A stretch of DNA of 64,000 bases from Desulfatiglandales bacterium (GTDB lineage: Bacteria > Desulfobacterota > DSM-4660 > Desulfatiglandales > HGW-15). Position numbers and translations under genes: made by a program. The DNA is taken from the NCBI GenBank assembly GCA_963667015.2, contig CAXXJJ010000004.1, positions 2,080,001 through 2,144,000 of the forward strand. The letters run 5' to 3'. Shown in pieces: positions 30,864-40,685 of the stretch. The notes below the pieces were generated by a model. That model was not told the DNA's origin. It saw only the letters and a list, made by a program, of their open reading frames with translations, and did no database searches. The first letter of the stretch is position 1, and the number at the start of each line of letters is the position of its first letter.

Positions 30864-30898
30864 AACTGATCGCTGAACGCTGAATGCTTACAGCTTCT

Positions 30899-32512
30899 TT
30901 ACGGTGTATAAAGCATCACCAGACATCTGGTGGTTTCATTACCCTTATTCTTCAGTTTATGAGGTATCTCGGAATTATAGTGCATGCTTTCACCGGCTAT
31001 AAGATTGTGCACCCTGTTGTCCAGCGTAAGCTCAAGGCTTCCTTCCATTACATATATAAACTCTTCACCCTCATGCTTGTAGGCAACAGGCTTATGGGCC
31101 TGCTTTGCCTCTATTGTAATCATGAAGCCCCTGAGGTGCTGATTTTCAGCGCCGGGAGTAAGTGTCTGATATGCGTAGTTCTTTGTTCTAGTTGTGAAGG
31201 CCTGGGCTCGCTTATCCTGAATATGAGCCTTTTCTTCATCACTTAAAAATGTCCCTGGATCAACACCAAGGGCACGTGACAGTTTTAAAAGAAAACTTAC
31301 CGACGGCACAACCTCGTTGATCTCAACCTTTTGAATAAACTCCGGCGTCTGATCGGTCTGTTGTGCAAGCGTCTCAATTGTCCAGTCGTTTGATTCCCTT
31401 ATTTTTTTAATCTTTTCACCAAGCCCGGTACCTGTCTCACAACCATCGGTTACATTTATAAAATCTGCGATATCCCGCATAACGAGTTTTTTAATGCGGT
31501 TTGTAATTAAAGGCACTACTGTTTTCGAGTCTGCAACAATGCCCAGGTCTGCTGCATGAAAGATCGGGGAATTAGGATCCCTGTTTATGGCTACTATACA
31601 ACCTGAATCGGTTATTCCGGCTGTATACTGGACAGCACCCGATGTTCCGACTGAGATTAGCAGCTCAGGCCTTACTGTTTTACCTGTCTGTCCGATCAGC
31701 CTTTCCTCATCCACCCAGTGGTTGATCACAGGGGGGCGTGTAGCTCCAACTTCACCGCCCAATGCAGCCGAAAGCTGTCTTACCATGGAAAAGCCGTCAG
31801 CATTTCCGACTCCGGCCCCGCCGACTACAACTATATCTGCATCTTCCAGTCTCCGTACACCGGCCTTGCCGGTCTCTATTGATAAACGTTTCAGATCATC
31901 AGCCCCTAGATTTTCTTTTATGGATATTTTTTCCATTTCACCGGGGTTTCCTTTGCGCTCTACAGGAGAAAATGTACCGGGCGACACTGTTGCAAAACCG
32001 GTCACACCCGGATCCGTGTAGGTCAGCCTTGCCATTATTTCTCCACCCCAGGAAGGGCAGTCCGCTATTATCTGTCCATCCTCCATGCCAAATTCAATAC
32101 AGTCGGCAATCAGTCCCGAATCATTATATGCCGCGCAAAGGGCGGCTATTTCCCTTGCAAAATCAGAGAGAGGAAAAAGGACTATTTTGGGAGACCTTTT
32201 CTTTACCAATTCTGTGACGGCCTTTGCATGACAGTCAGGCCTGTATTGATCAACATCAGGATTTTCAAGAACAGATACAATATCAGCACCTTTTGCTATA
32301 CAAGTATCAGTTGCTTCTGTCAGAGAGACACATGAACCGGCTTTAATACTATCATCTGTGTTTTCATCACCTGCACTTACCAGGATGGCAATAGACCTTC
32401 CTTTTGATAATTCTGAAAGTTGAGAGGCGGCTCCAAGCACATTTATACTCTCATCAAAGTGTCTTTGATTGCGGATATCAATATATACCCATATGTCATT
32501 AATACTGTTCAT
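30899..32512 (-). CDS. etfA: electron transfer flavoprotein alpha subunit fused to C-terminal XRE-type HTH + cupin regulator domains
   Basis: LEDADIVVVGGAG, VGATRP, IGQTGKTVRP, GTSGAVQY, AINRDPNSPIF; then LGEKIKKIRE...LSRALGVD (HTH) and HEGEEFIYVMEG...PH (cupin) in one frame. Confidence 0.9.
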   Translation of the reverse strand: MNSINDIWVYIDIRNQRHFDESINVLGAASQLSELSKGRSIAILVSAGDENTDDSIKAGSCVSLTEATDTCIAKGADIVSVLENPDVDQYRPDCHAKAVTELVKKRSPKIVLFPLSDFAREIAALCAAYNDSGLIADCIEFGMEDGQIIADCPSWGGEIMARLTYTDPGVTGFATVSPGTFSPVERKGNPGEMEKISIKENLGADDLKRLSIETGKAGVRRLEDADIVVVGGAGVGNADGFSMVRQLSAALGGEVGATRPPVINHWVDEERLIGQTGKTVRPELLISVGTSGAVQYTAGITDSGCIVAINRDPNSPIFHAADLGIVADSKTVVPLITNRIKKLVMRDIADFINVTDGCETGTGLGEKIKKIRESNDWTIETLAQQTDQTPEFIQKVEINEVVPSVSFLLKLSRALGVDPGTFLSDEEKAHIQDKRAQAFTTRTKNYAYQTLTPGAENQHLRGFMITIEAKQAHKPVAYKHEGEEFIYVMEGSLELTLDNRVHNLIAGESMHYNSEIPHKLKNKGNETTRCLVMLYTP

Positions 32513-33288
32513 CAGCCAATATACCCCCCGGCCTTAATTCTCTTTACCAGTTCATCGGCCTGTTCCTCAGGCGATCCCTCAATAAATTCGCATTTGTGTT
32601 TTTTCCGGACCTTGCTCATGGAAACCAGTTTTGTAGGGCTGCCTTTTTCACCCAGCCCTTCAACTGACAGCTCAAGGTCTGAAAGTTTCAATGTTTCAAA
32701 TGCCTCGCTGCTGAATGCCTTTTCCACCATTGAAAGTACAGTATCCCTGGCATCAACCGCCTTTGGATGTATGGCCACCGCACCGGGGAGGAGCATTTCA
32801 TACTCTTCCTCAAATTCATCAATAACCCTGTCGACCTTGATATTCTTACCGGAATATTCAATACCTTTTACACCGGTTAATATTGGCATATTTAAATGTA
32901 CTGCGGTCTGTGGACCTACCTGACCTGTATCACTGTCAGATGACCGGGCACCAAAGATTACAAGATCAAAGGGTTTCAGTTTTTCTATGGCAGCAGCCAG
33001 GGTCTTTGATGTTGCAAGGGTATCGGAACCGGCAAAGGCACGGTCAGTAACAAGAACTACCTTATCCACACCCATAGCCAGTGCTTCATAAAGGGCGATC
33101 GAGCCTGTATCCGGGCCCATGGTAATGGCCGTTACTGTACCGCCATTTGTCTCCCGAAGTTTTAATGCCATTTCAATGGCAGGACGGTCAAAGGGATTTA
33201 AAATACAATTTTCCGCTGTCCTGACAACACGCCCGCCCGGCGCACTTGTTACAACGGATTTTATACAGACAATTATATTGAAGCTCAT
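32512..33288 (-). CDS. etfB: electron transfer flavoprotein beta subunit
   Basis: IIVCIK, NPFDRPAIE, TMGP, DRAFAGSDTLATS, SDSDTGQVGP, GSPT; ATG 33288. Confidence 0.93.
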   Translation of the reverse strand: MSFNIIVCIKSVVTSAPGGRVVRTAENCILNPFDRPAIEMALKLRETNGGTVTAITMGPDTGSIALYEALAMGVDKVVLVTDRAFAGSDTLATSKTLAAAIEKLKPFDLVIFGARSSDSDTGQVGPQTAVHLNMPILTGVKGIEYSGKNIKVDRVIDEFEEEYEMLLPGAVAIHPKAVDARDTVLSMVEKAFSSEAFETLKLSDLELSVEGLGEKGSPTKLVSMSKVRKKHKCEFIEGSPEEQADELVKRIKAGGYIG

Positions 33289-33346
33289 AGTTAATTTTCC
33301 TAAAACTAAATTTATCAAATTACATTAATAAACAGGCAAAAATCTA

Positions 33347-33409
33347 CAGGTATACGGTTTAAGGTTTCTTGTTTTAGCCGTATACCGTAAACCTTACACC
33401 TTATACCTG
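33347..33409. repeat. inverted heptamer repeat array
   Basis: caggtat-acggttt-aaggttt ... agccgta-taccgta-aacctta-cacctta-tacctg. Confidence 0.75.
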
Positions 33410-33429
33410 GATTTTTTTACACCGCGCTT

Positions 33430-34578
33430 TTATTTATATTCCTCAAGCACACTACGGGCTATGACGATACGGTGTATCTCACTTGTTCCTTCGTAGATAC
33501 GCGTCACCCTGGCGTCCCTGTAAAAACGCTCAACAGGATATGTTTTTATGTAACCATACCCGCCATGCATCTGGAGTGCCATGTCGGTTACTTTCCCTGC
33601 GGCTTCGGCTGCATACAGCTTGGCCATGGCAGATTCCTTTGAAAATGGCATTCCCCTGTCTCTTTTTGCTGCAGCCCTGTATACCATCAGTCTTGCGGAT
33701 TCAACCTGTATTGCCATATCTGCAATCATATTCTGCATTGACTCGTGCTGACAGATAGGCACACCGAACTGCCTTCTCTGTTGACTGTATTTTATACCTT
33801 CCTCCATTGCGGCCTGGGCGATTCCAAGGGCCTGGGCAGCTATTCCTGTACGTCCGGTATCAAGTGCTGCAAGTCCGATCCTCATGCCCCAGCCTTCTTT
33901 CCCAAGAAGATTTTCTGCAGGGACACGACAGTCAGTAAGCCTGATTGAAGATACGGGATTGGCCCTGTTACCTGAAAGGTCTTCAAGGTCACCTATCTCA
34001 AAACCGGGCGTTCCTCTTTCCACAACTATTACACTCAGCCCCCTGTGTCCGGCAGATGGGTCGGTTTTAACAAAAATGAGACATGTATCTGCAACACCGC
34101 CATTGGTCACCATGACCTTGTTGGCATTAACTATATAATGATCTCCGTCACGGATCGCGGTTGATTCAACGCCTGCAGCATCAGATCCTATATTTGGTTC
34201 TGTCAGACAGAAGGCGCCGATCTTTTCACCTCTTGCCAAGGGCGGAATCCATTTTTTCTTCTGCTCATCATTTCCGAATGCAAGTAAAGGATAGATACAG
34301 ACGCTGTTATGAACAGTTGCGCAAAGACCAAGGCCCGAACATGCCCGTGAAATCTCTTCGATAATTATGCAGTATGTCACAGTGTCCATACCTGCGCCGT
34401 CCAGCTCATGAGGGGTCTGGATACCGAAATACCCGAGCTTTCCCATTTTTTCCACAATTTCCCATGGGAAACGGGCCTCCTGGTCCAGTTCTTTTGCAAT
34501 GGGAACTATTTCACGCTCGCAAAATGAACGAACCGAACGTCTGACAATATTCTGTTTTTCACTTAAAATAAAGTCCAT
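33430..34578 (-). CDS. acyl-CoA dehydrogenase (butyryl-CoA dehydrogenase-like)
   Basis: AFCLTEPNIGSD, LDTGRTGIAAQALG, QRRQFG, ALQMHGGYGY, IYEGTSEI. Confidence 0.93.
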   Translation of the reverse strand: MDFILSEKQNIVRRSVRSFCEREIVPIAKELDQEARFPWEIVEKMGKLGYFGIQTPHELDGAGMDTVTYCIIIEEISRACSGLGLCATVHNSVCIYPLLAFGNDEQKKKWIPPLARGEKIGAFCLTEPNIGSDAAGVESTAIRDGDHYIVNANKVMVTNGGVADTCLIFVKTDPSAGHRGLSVIVVERGTPGFEIGDLEDLSGNRANPVSSIRLTDCRVPAENLLGKEGWGMRIGLAALDTGRTGIAAQALGIAQAAMEEGIKYSQQRRQFGVPICQHESMQNMIADMAIQVESARLMVYRAAAKRDRGMPFSKESAMAKLYAAEAAGKVTDMALQMHGGYGYIKTYPVERFYRDARVTRIYEGTSEIHRIVIARSVLEEYK

Positions 34579-34649
34579 ATGGAATATCTTTCAAAATTTA
34601 TATAATAGCTTTAACACAATAGAATGAATGGTATTTTAATATTAGCAAG

Positions 34650-34763
34650 CAGGTATAGGGTTTGAGGTATAAGGTCTAAGGTTTTCCGTGCGCATGCACT
34701 ACAGCCTCAAACCTTAAACCTCACACCTTAAACCTCACACCTTAAACCTCACACCTTGAACCG
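34650..34763. repeat. inverted heptamer repeat array
   Basis: aggtata-gggtttg-aggtata-aggtcta-agg ... gcctcaa-(accttaa-acctcac)x3-accttga-acc. Confidence 0.8.
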
Positions 34764-34832
34764 GTATCGCTAGGGAAACAAAGTTGGAATCTCCTGGATT
34801 TTCCAAAAAAATATCTCAACCATAACTAGCGA

Positions 34833-35681
34833 CTAGTATTCGTAAAAACCTTTACCCGTTTTTCTTCCATACCATCCTGCTTCAACATACTTTCTTAAAA
34901 GCGGGCATGGACGATATTTTGAATCCTTGAATCCTTCATAGAGTGTTTCCATAATGGCAAGACATGTGTCCAGACCGATCAGGTCTGCTAACGCCAGGGG
35001 CCCCATTGGATGGTTGAAACCAAGCTTCATTACAGTATCTATATCTTCGGGTGTACCAACGCTGTGATAAAGGGCAAATATCGCTTCATTAATCATGGGC
35101 ATGGCGATCCTGTTGGCGATGAACCCGGGGTAGTCATTTGACAGGGCAGGTATTTTTCCGAATTTCTTTGTAAGTTCCAGGGTTGTCTCATATGTTTCAT
35201 CAGAGGTGGCAATGCCGCGGATAATTTCAACAAGCTTCATAAGATGCACAGGGTTCATAAAATGCTGGCCTATTACCTTGTCCGGACGACTTGTCTTTGC
35301 AGCTATCCTGCCGATTGGGATCGAAGATGTATTTGTGGCAAGAATTACAGACGGATTACATATGCTGTCCAGGTCCTGAAAGATTTTGAACTTCAGGTCT
35401 TCTCTTTCAGTAGCGGCTTCCACAACAAAGTCACAGTTTGCCATATCCCTTATATCAATACTCTTTGTTATCCTTCCAAGGGTGGCATCCCGATCTTCCT
35501 TTGACATTTTACCTTTTTCAACACTTTTATCCAGGTTTCTTGTGATTGTGGCATACCCCTTGTCAACAAATTCATCGTTGATGTCGTTCATTATAACATA
35601 ACAACCGCTCATTGCTGCAACCTGGGCGATACCGTTTCCCATCTGACCTGAACCTATAACACCGTATGTTCTAATCTCCAT
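34833..35681 (-). CDS. hbd: 3-hydroxybutyryl-CoA dehydrogenase
   Basis: GSGQMGNGIAQ, VEAATE, ATNTSS, HFMNP, PGFIANR, HPMGPLALADLIGLD. Confidence 0.93.
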   Translation of the reverse strand: MEIRTYGVIGSGQMGNGIAQVAAMSGCYVIMNDINDEFVDKGYATITRNLDKSVEKGKMSKEDRDATLGRITKSIDIRDMANCDFVVEAATEREDLKFKIFQDLDSICNPSVILATNTSSIPIGRIAAKTSRPDKVIGQHFMNPVHLMKLVEIIRGIATSDETYETTLELTKKFGKIPALSNDYPGFIANRIAMPMINEAIFALYHSVGTPEDIDTVMKLGFNHPMGPLALADLIGLDTCLAIMETLYEGFKDSKYRPCPLLRKYVEAGWYGRKTGKGFYEY

Positions 35682-35701
35682 TTTATCCTCCTTAAATTGA
35701 T

Positions 35702-36877
35702 TTATCGCTTAACTATCATGGCAACTGCCTCACCGCCGCCAAGGCACAATGATGCCATGCCTGTTTTTTTATCCTGTTTTATCATCTCGTTGATAAGTGT
35801 AACCAGCACGCGGCAACCGCTTGCTCCGATCGGATGGCCCAGGGCTACTGCTCCACCGTTTACATTAACCTTTGCCGGATCAAGTTTCAGTTCTTTTAAT
35901 ATGGCAACCGATGATCCGCTGAATGCCTCGTTAATCTCAAAAAGATCAATCTCATCCAGTGTTATACCCTCTTTTTGTGCACACTTTGGTATTGCCCAGA
36001 TCGGGGCAACAAGAACATATTTCATATCTATGCCGTATGAAGCCTGGGCACCTATGGTTGCAAGAATGTTACAACCAAGTTCTTCGGCCTTTTCACGGGA
36101 CATTACTACAACAGCGGCAGCACCGTCGCTTATTATTGATGCATTACCGGCTGTTCCCACTCCGTCCTTCTTAAAGGCTGGTTTCATCCTGGAGAGTATG
36201 TCCATGCTGGTTTCCCTCGGACATTCATCAGTGTCGAATATTTTTGGATCACCCTTTCTCTGCGGGATCTCAACCGGCATTATCTCATCTTTAAACCTTC
36301 CGGATTTTATCGCCTCAAGCGCCCTGCGGTATGACTCGTCTGCGAATTTATCCTGCTCTTCTCTGGAGACATTATATTTTTCCGAACAGAGCTCATTTGA
36401 CATACCCATGTGAAAATCATTGACCACGTCCCACAGGCCGTCATGTACCATGTGATCTATAAGCTGACCATTGTTCATCCTGTAGCCTGTACGTGCCTTA
36501 TCAAGATAATAGGGGGCATAGCTCATGTTTTCCATGCCGCCTGCAACAACAACATCAGCATCGCCGACCTGAATGGCCTGGGCTGCAAGCATTACAGTCT
36601 TGAGAGATGATCCGCAGACTTTATTTACTGTAATACTTTCAACTTCCCATGGCATGTCGGCCTGGACAACCGCCTGTTTGGCGGGGTTCTGACCGTATCC
36701 GCAGGGAAGTACTATTCCCATCATTGCTTCATCGACATCCGTCTTTTTTATACCGGCCCTTTTAACAGCTTCTTCAATTACAAGGCCTCCCAGTCTGGTA
36801 GCAGGAATATTACTCAGTGATCCATTAAACGCGCCAAGCGGTGTCCTTACGCCGCTTACAATTACTGCTTCTTTCAT
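35702..36877 (-). CDS. acetyl-CoA C-acetyltransferase (thiolase)
   Basis: RTPLG, NKVCGSSL, EINEAF, GGAVALGHPIGASG, LCLGGG. Confidence 0.95.
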   Translation of the reverse strand: MKEAVIVSGVRTPLGAFNGSLSNIPATRLGGLVIEEAVKRAGIKKTDVDEAMMGIVLPCGYGQNPAKQAVVQADMPWEVESITVNKVCGSSLKTVMLAAQAIQVGDADVVVAGGMENMSYAPYYLDKARTGYRMNNGQLIDHMVHDGLWDVVNDFHMGMSNELCSEKYNVSREEQDKFADESYRRALEAIKSGRFKDEIMPVEIPQRKGDPKIFDTDECPRETSMDILSRMKPAFKKDGVGTAGNASIISDGAAAVVVMSREKAEELGCNILATIGAQASYGIDMKYVLVAPIWAIPKCAQKEGITLDEIDLFEINEAFSGSSVAILKELKLDPAKVNVNGGAVALGHPIGASGCRVLVTLINEMIKQDKKTGMASLCLGGGEAVAMIVKR

Positions 36878-37124
36878 TTATTCTTCTCCTTAGTATTTTT
36901 AAGCCTGAAAAAAAAGGCATATATTTTGCCCAATTTGAGCTATTTAAACATTAATAAGGCAGATATATATTCGTTATGATTACATTTTTTAGATGTGGGA
37001 GTATAGGAAAATAGGAAGAATGTGTCAATTACAGATTCAAAATAAAAAACAATGTTTAGATCATATAACAAAATATCTCCATTTAGTAAAAATGTATCAA
37101 CTTTGTTTCTATGTCTTCAGACTG

Positions 37125-38579
37125 TCAGATTGAGGTATCTACACATATCAGTTTTAAACGGGTAAATTCTTCAATCCCGAATCGTGATCCCTCCTTTCCA
37201 AAACCGCTGCCCTTGAAACCTCCCCATGGAAGATCACTTCCAAATGCGACTGATCCACCGTTTACCCGAACATTACCGGCATCGATCCGGTTTGCTATGC
37301 GAATTCCCCTGGCCGTGTTCCTGGTCCATACGGTTGCGGTAAGACCAAACGGAGTGTCGTTGGCGAGCCTGATCACTTCTTCCTCTGAAGTGAATGGCTC
37401 CATGATACAGGCAACCGGGCCAAAGATTTCTTCTCTTCCCAGCCTTGAATGCTGTCTCACATGGGTAAAGACCGCAGGCAAAACAAAATATCCTTTATTC
37501 AACGGCGGTTTCAGGATTCTATCTTCTCCCATAACCAGTTTTGCCCCCTCCTCCATTCCGATCCGGATATAGCCTTCCACCCGATCCCGGTGCGCAGCGC
37601 TCACAACCGGTCCCATAAGTGTTTTGGGATCAAGGGGATCACCGACGGTTACCTTTTTTATCTCAGCAAGGAATCTTTCTACAAATTCATCATAAAGGTT
37701 TCTGTGAACATAATATCGTCCGGTCGAGCCGCATACCATACCGCTGTTAAATGTAATGGAAGATACTGCGCGGGGTACGGCCTCGTCCAGGTCAGCGTCT
37801 TCAAGAACAATAAAGGGATTTTTGCCACCAAGTTCCAGGAAAACCGGTTTGACAGTCCTTCCTGCTGCGGCCATGATTGCCTTTCCTGTTTCATAACCTC
37901 CGGTAAATGCCACCATATCTACACCGGTATGACCGGCCAGGGCTTCTCCGACAGGTCTGCCCGGGCCTGTAATGATATTAACAGCCCCCTCAGGCAGATC
38001 TTTACATTCGGAAAGGATTTCTGCGATTTTCAATGCAGGCAGAGACACAAGGCTGGGCGGTTTTATAACACATGTATTCCCTGTTGCCAGGGCGGCTGCG
38101 ATCTTGGCAGTAATCATATAGGGGATGTTCCAGGGAATAATGCCGGCACAAACACCAAGCGGTTCCCGGGACACATAAAATAAACCTTCAGGAGGAGCCG
38201 GGCGGACTCCTTCTACCCCCATGACAGACTTGCTCATTTCGGCGGCGTACTGGAAATGTTCAGGAACAGACATGGCAAAAAGCCTGGCAATATATCCCGG
38301 TGAGCCATGATCCCGCACATGGATATCCACAAGCTCATCTATCCGCTCCCTGATCGATACTGTGATCCGGTTCAGAATCACTGCCCGCTCCTGAACGGAT
38401 TTACCTGACCAGATCGGAAAGGCCGCCCGTGCAGCAGCCACCGCCTTATCGACATCCTGCTCATCACCCAGCGGGAGTGTGCCGATCACTTCTTCTGTCG
38501 CCGGATTTGTACTTGTGAAAGTTTTACCGGATACCGCGTCAACCCATTTCCCGCCTATCCACATCCTGTATTCTTTCAT
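37125..38579 (-). CDS. aldehyde dehydrogenase family protein
   Basis: IIPWNIP, FTGG, LELGGKNP, NSGMVC, EEIFGPV, PWGGFKGSGFG. Confidence 0.93.
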   Translation of the reverse strand: MKEYRMWIGGKWVDAVSGKTFTSTNPATEEVIGTLPLGDEQDVDKAVAAARAAFPIWSGKSVQERAVILNRITVSIRERIDELVDIHVRDHGSPGYIARLFAMSVPEHFQYAAEMSKSVMGVEGVRPAPPEGLFYVSREPLGVCAGIIPWNIPYMITAKIAAALATGNTCVIKPPSLVSLPALKIAEILSECKDLPEGAVNIITGPGRPVGEALAGHTGVDMVAFTGGYETGKAIMAAAGRTVKPVFLELGGKNPFIVLEDADLDEAVPRAVSSITFNSGMVCGSTGRYYVHRNLYDEFVERFLAEIKKVTVGDPLDPKTLMGPVVSAAHRDRVEGYIRIGMEEGAKLVMGEDRILKPPLNKGYFVLPAVFTHVRQHSRLGREEIFGPVACIMEPFTSEEEVIRLANDTPFGLTATVWTRNTARGIRIANRIDAGNVRVNGGSVAFGSDLPWGGFKGSGFGKEGSRFGIEEFTRLKLICVDTSI

Positions 38580-38584
38580 ATGAC

Positions 38585-39670
38585 CTATTTACTGTAGTTA
38601 ATTCGTGATTGTTTATACAACTCTTCTCTGAAGGCAGGCGTCATGAGCTTTGAACCCATAAAATTAAAATATGAAGGTTTCTCAGGCCTGCAGAATTTAT
38701 CCGCATATTCTCTTGCTCTTGCCCTCTGTTCCTCTTCCGATGTTGTTTCAATATCAAACATATCAGGAATAACACCGATTAATATTTTATCGCCATAGAG
38801 TTCGTATATCTTCTGGGTATCATTCATTTCCTGGCCGCCCCAGGCATCCCAGCCTGCAGCTATCATATTAGGCACCTGTTTCATCAGCTGCCCGCAGCTA
38901 TGAAGTTCTGCAAATTTACCCTTTGAGTGGATAAAATCCGTTACCTTTTTCATGGCCGGAACAATTACCTCCTCTGCAGTAGCAGGCGAGAAAAATGTCT
39001 CCTTCTGTGAGCCCCAGTCATCATGGATAAAGAATCCGTCAATATTTTCATAGTGTGTAAGGTATTTATCAAATATCCTGATGTAGAGTTCAGCGAGTTT
39101 ATCAAAAAGTTCTTTGACCGCCTCTTTCTGATCTTCATCAATCATTGCCATTACGGCACCTTCAAAATCCATAAAGGATACAAGTCTTTCATACCATCCG
39201 GTCTGGAACCAGACTATATTATACTTATCATCGGTCAGGTATGTTCCGTTATTGGCCTTTGCGCTTCCTTCCCAGTCCCAGCTCTCTATATCAGGCCATA
39301 CCAGCTTGTCATACCATTCAGTGGCATCTTCCATAAAAGGCTTTCCAGGACGAACCATAGATCCGCCGGCAACCTCGATATATTCCCACTCAATACCAAA
39401 CATATCCTTTCCGCCGCCTTCCTTTACTGCGTCAAAGGGCTGGCCCTCAAGTACAAAGGCGCGGGCAACATTGTCAGGCAGAATCCTGGGTGTAAAAATG
39501 CGGTTATCGAGTCCTGACACCTGCCATAAAGGCTTTCGGTTCATCATGGCAATAAAGGCTTCTTTTATTGAAACCGGATAATTATATATCTTCATCTCTG
39601 GTGAAAATGGGGTAGCCGGGATTTTTCCCATTACTTCCATTTCTTTAGGATCGAATTCTGGTATTGTCAT
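38585..39670 (-). CDS. uroporphyrinogen decarboxylase / corrinoid methyltransferase (MT2-like) superfamily protein
   Basis: DMFGIEW, GWYERL, HDDWGSQ, ELHSCG; URO-D/CIMS-like pattern. Confidence 0.75.
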   Translation of the reverse strand: MTIPEFDPKEMEVMGKIPATPFSPEMKIYNYPVSIKEAFIAMMNRKPLWQVSGLDNRIFTPRILPDNVARAFVLEGQPFDAVKEGGGKDMFGIEWEYIEVAGGSMVRPGKPFMEDATEWYDKLVWPDIESWDWEGSAKANNGTYLTDDKYNIVWFQTGWYERLVSFMDFEGAVMAMIDEDQKEAVKELFDKLAELYIRIFDKYLTHYENIDGFFIHDDWGSQKETFFSPATAEEVIVPAMKKVTDFIHSKGKFAELHSCGQLMKQVPNMIAAGWDAWGGQEMNDTQKIYELYGDKILIGVIPDMFDIETTSEEEQRARAREYADKFCRPEKPSYFNFMGSKLMTPAFREELYKQSRINYSK

Positions 39671-39747
39671 TAATATTATATCTCCTTCTATTTCTGTATT
39701 TTATTGAATTACGGGCTTTTTTATACATGAATATGCTTAAAAATCAA

Positions 39748-40251
39748 TCACCTTATCTTCAATCTCTCTGCAATCAGTTCGGCAGCCCTTTCCTGGGATA
39801 TGGAATTACAGTCAATTGTTATCTCTGCGTATTTTTCATAGAGGGGCTGCCGCTCCAGAAACAGGTCTTCGAAAGATTGGTCAGGGGCCTTTGCAAGCCC
39901 TCTCTCCTTAAAATTACTGATCCTGTTTTTTAAAACATCAAGGCTGACCTTTAGAAATACCACTGTAGAAATAGAGCTCAAATGATCCATAGTCTTACGG
40001 CTGTAAACAGCACTTCCGCCTGTTGCGATAACACATTTTTCCAGGTTTATTTTTAAAATTTCCTCCTCTTCAACCTTTCTTAAATAGAGATGCCCCTTTT
40101 TATCAACTATATCCTGTAATGGGCTTTTACGATTTATCTGGATTAAAAGATCGGTATCCATGAAGCCCAGGGATAGAAGTTTCGCCAGGATAACACCAGT
40201 GGTGCTCTTCCCTGCCCCTGGCATGCCTACGAGAGTTAAATTTGATTTCAT
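39748..40251 (-). CDS. shikimate kinase family protein
   Basis: GMPGAGKST, DTD, VIATGGSAV, RQPLY; substrate (shikimate vs homoserine) uncertain. Confidence 0.85.
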   Translation of the reverse strand: MKSNLTLVGMPGAGKSTTGVILAKLLSLGFMDTDLLIQINRKSPLQDIVDKKGHLYLRKVEEEEILKINLEKCVIATGGSAVYSRKTMDHLSSISTVVFLKVSLDVLKNRISNFKERGLAKAPDQSFEDLFLERQPLYEKYAEITIDCNSISQERAAELIAERLKIR

Positions 40252-40350
40252 TTTAAATGTCACCTGTGCCTTAGTTATTTTTTAATGTAAAAATTTTACA
40301 TTAAAAATACTATAACGCAACTCATTGATTTTAAAAAGCCGGGTTAAATA

Positions 40351-40414
40351 CTCCCTCCCTGATCCTTCCTGCCGGTCCTAGCTTAAGCTGCGGCAGGCAG
40401 GCAAGGGAGAGGGA
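40351..40414. repeat. nested palindromic intergenic repeat
   Basis: CTCCCTCC...GGAGAGGGA enclosing CCTGCCG...CGGCAGG. Confidence 0.45.
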
Positions 40415-40466
40415 ATTTGAAGAAATCCCGTCGCGGGCAACTGGAGTATCGGAAATACAATAAATT

Positions 40467-40505
40467 TGCACAGATTTTTATGCACCATGCACTCTTTCAT
40501 GTGCA
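40467..40505. promoter_or_regulatory. tandem 18-bp palindromic activator sites (same family as 7828-7866)
   Basis: TGCACAGATTTTTATGCA-CCA-TGCACTCTTTCATGTGCA. Confidence 0.65.
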
Positions 40506-40634
40506 CCCCATAAAAAACAGGCTCCATATATCACATTTAAAATATAGCATTTATTATCAGACTTTTTCATATAACTATCTATTAATACAGCATATTAATT
40601 ACTTTGCATTAAAATTCTCATCCCTCAATAATTT

Positions 40635-40650
40635 TGGTCTCCTTTTTGCT
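40635..40650 (+). promoter_or_regulatory. putative sigma54 promoter
   Basis: TGGTCTCCTTTTTGCT: GG-N10-GC with TTGCT; about 130 bp downstream of the UAS pair. Confidence 0.6.
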
Positions 40651-40685
40651 AATATATTATAAAAAAAAATATAGAGAGGGAAGCC

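Noticed and set aside
34650..34763. CRISPR array
   Set aside because: 7/14-bp tandem units without unique spacers; no cas genes in the window.
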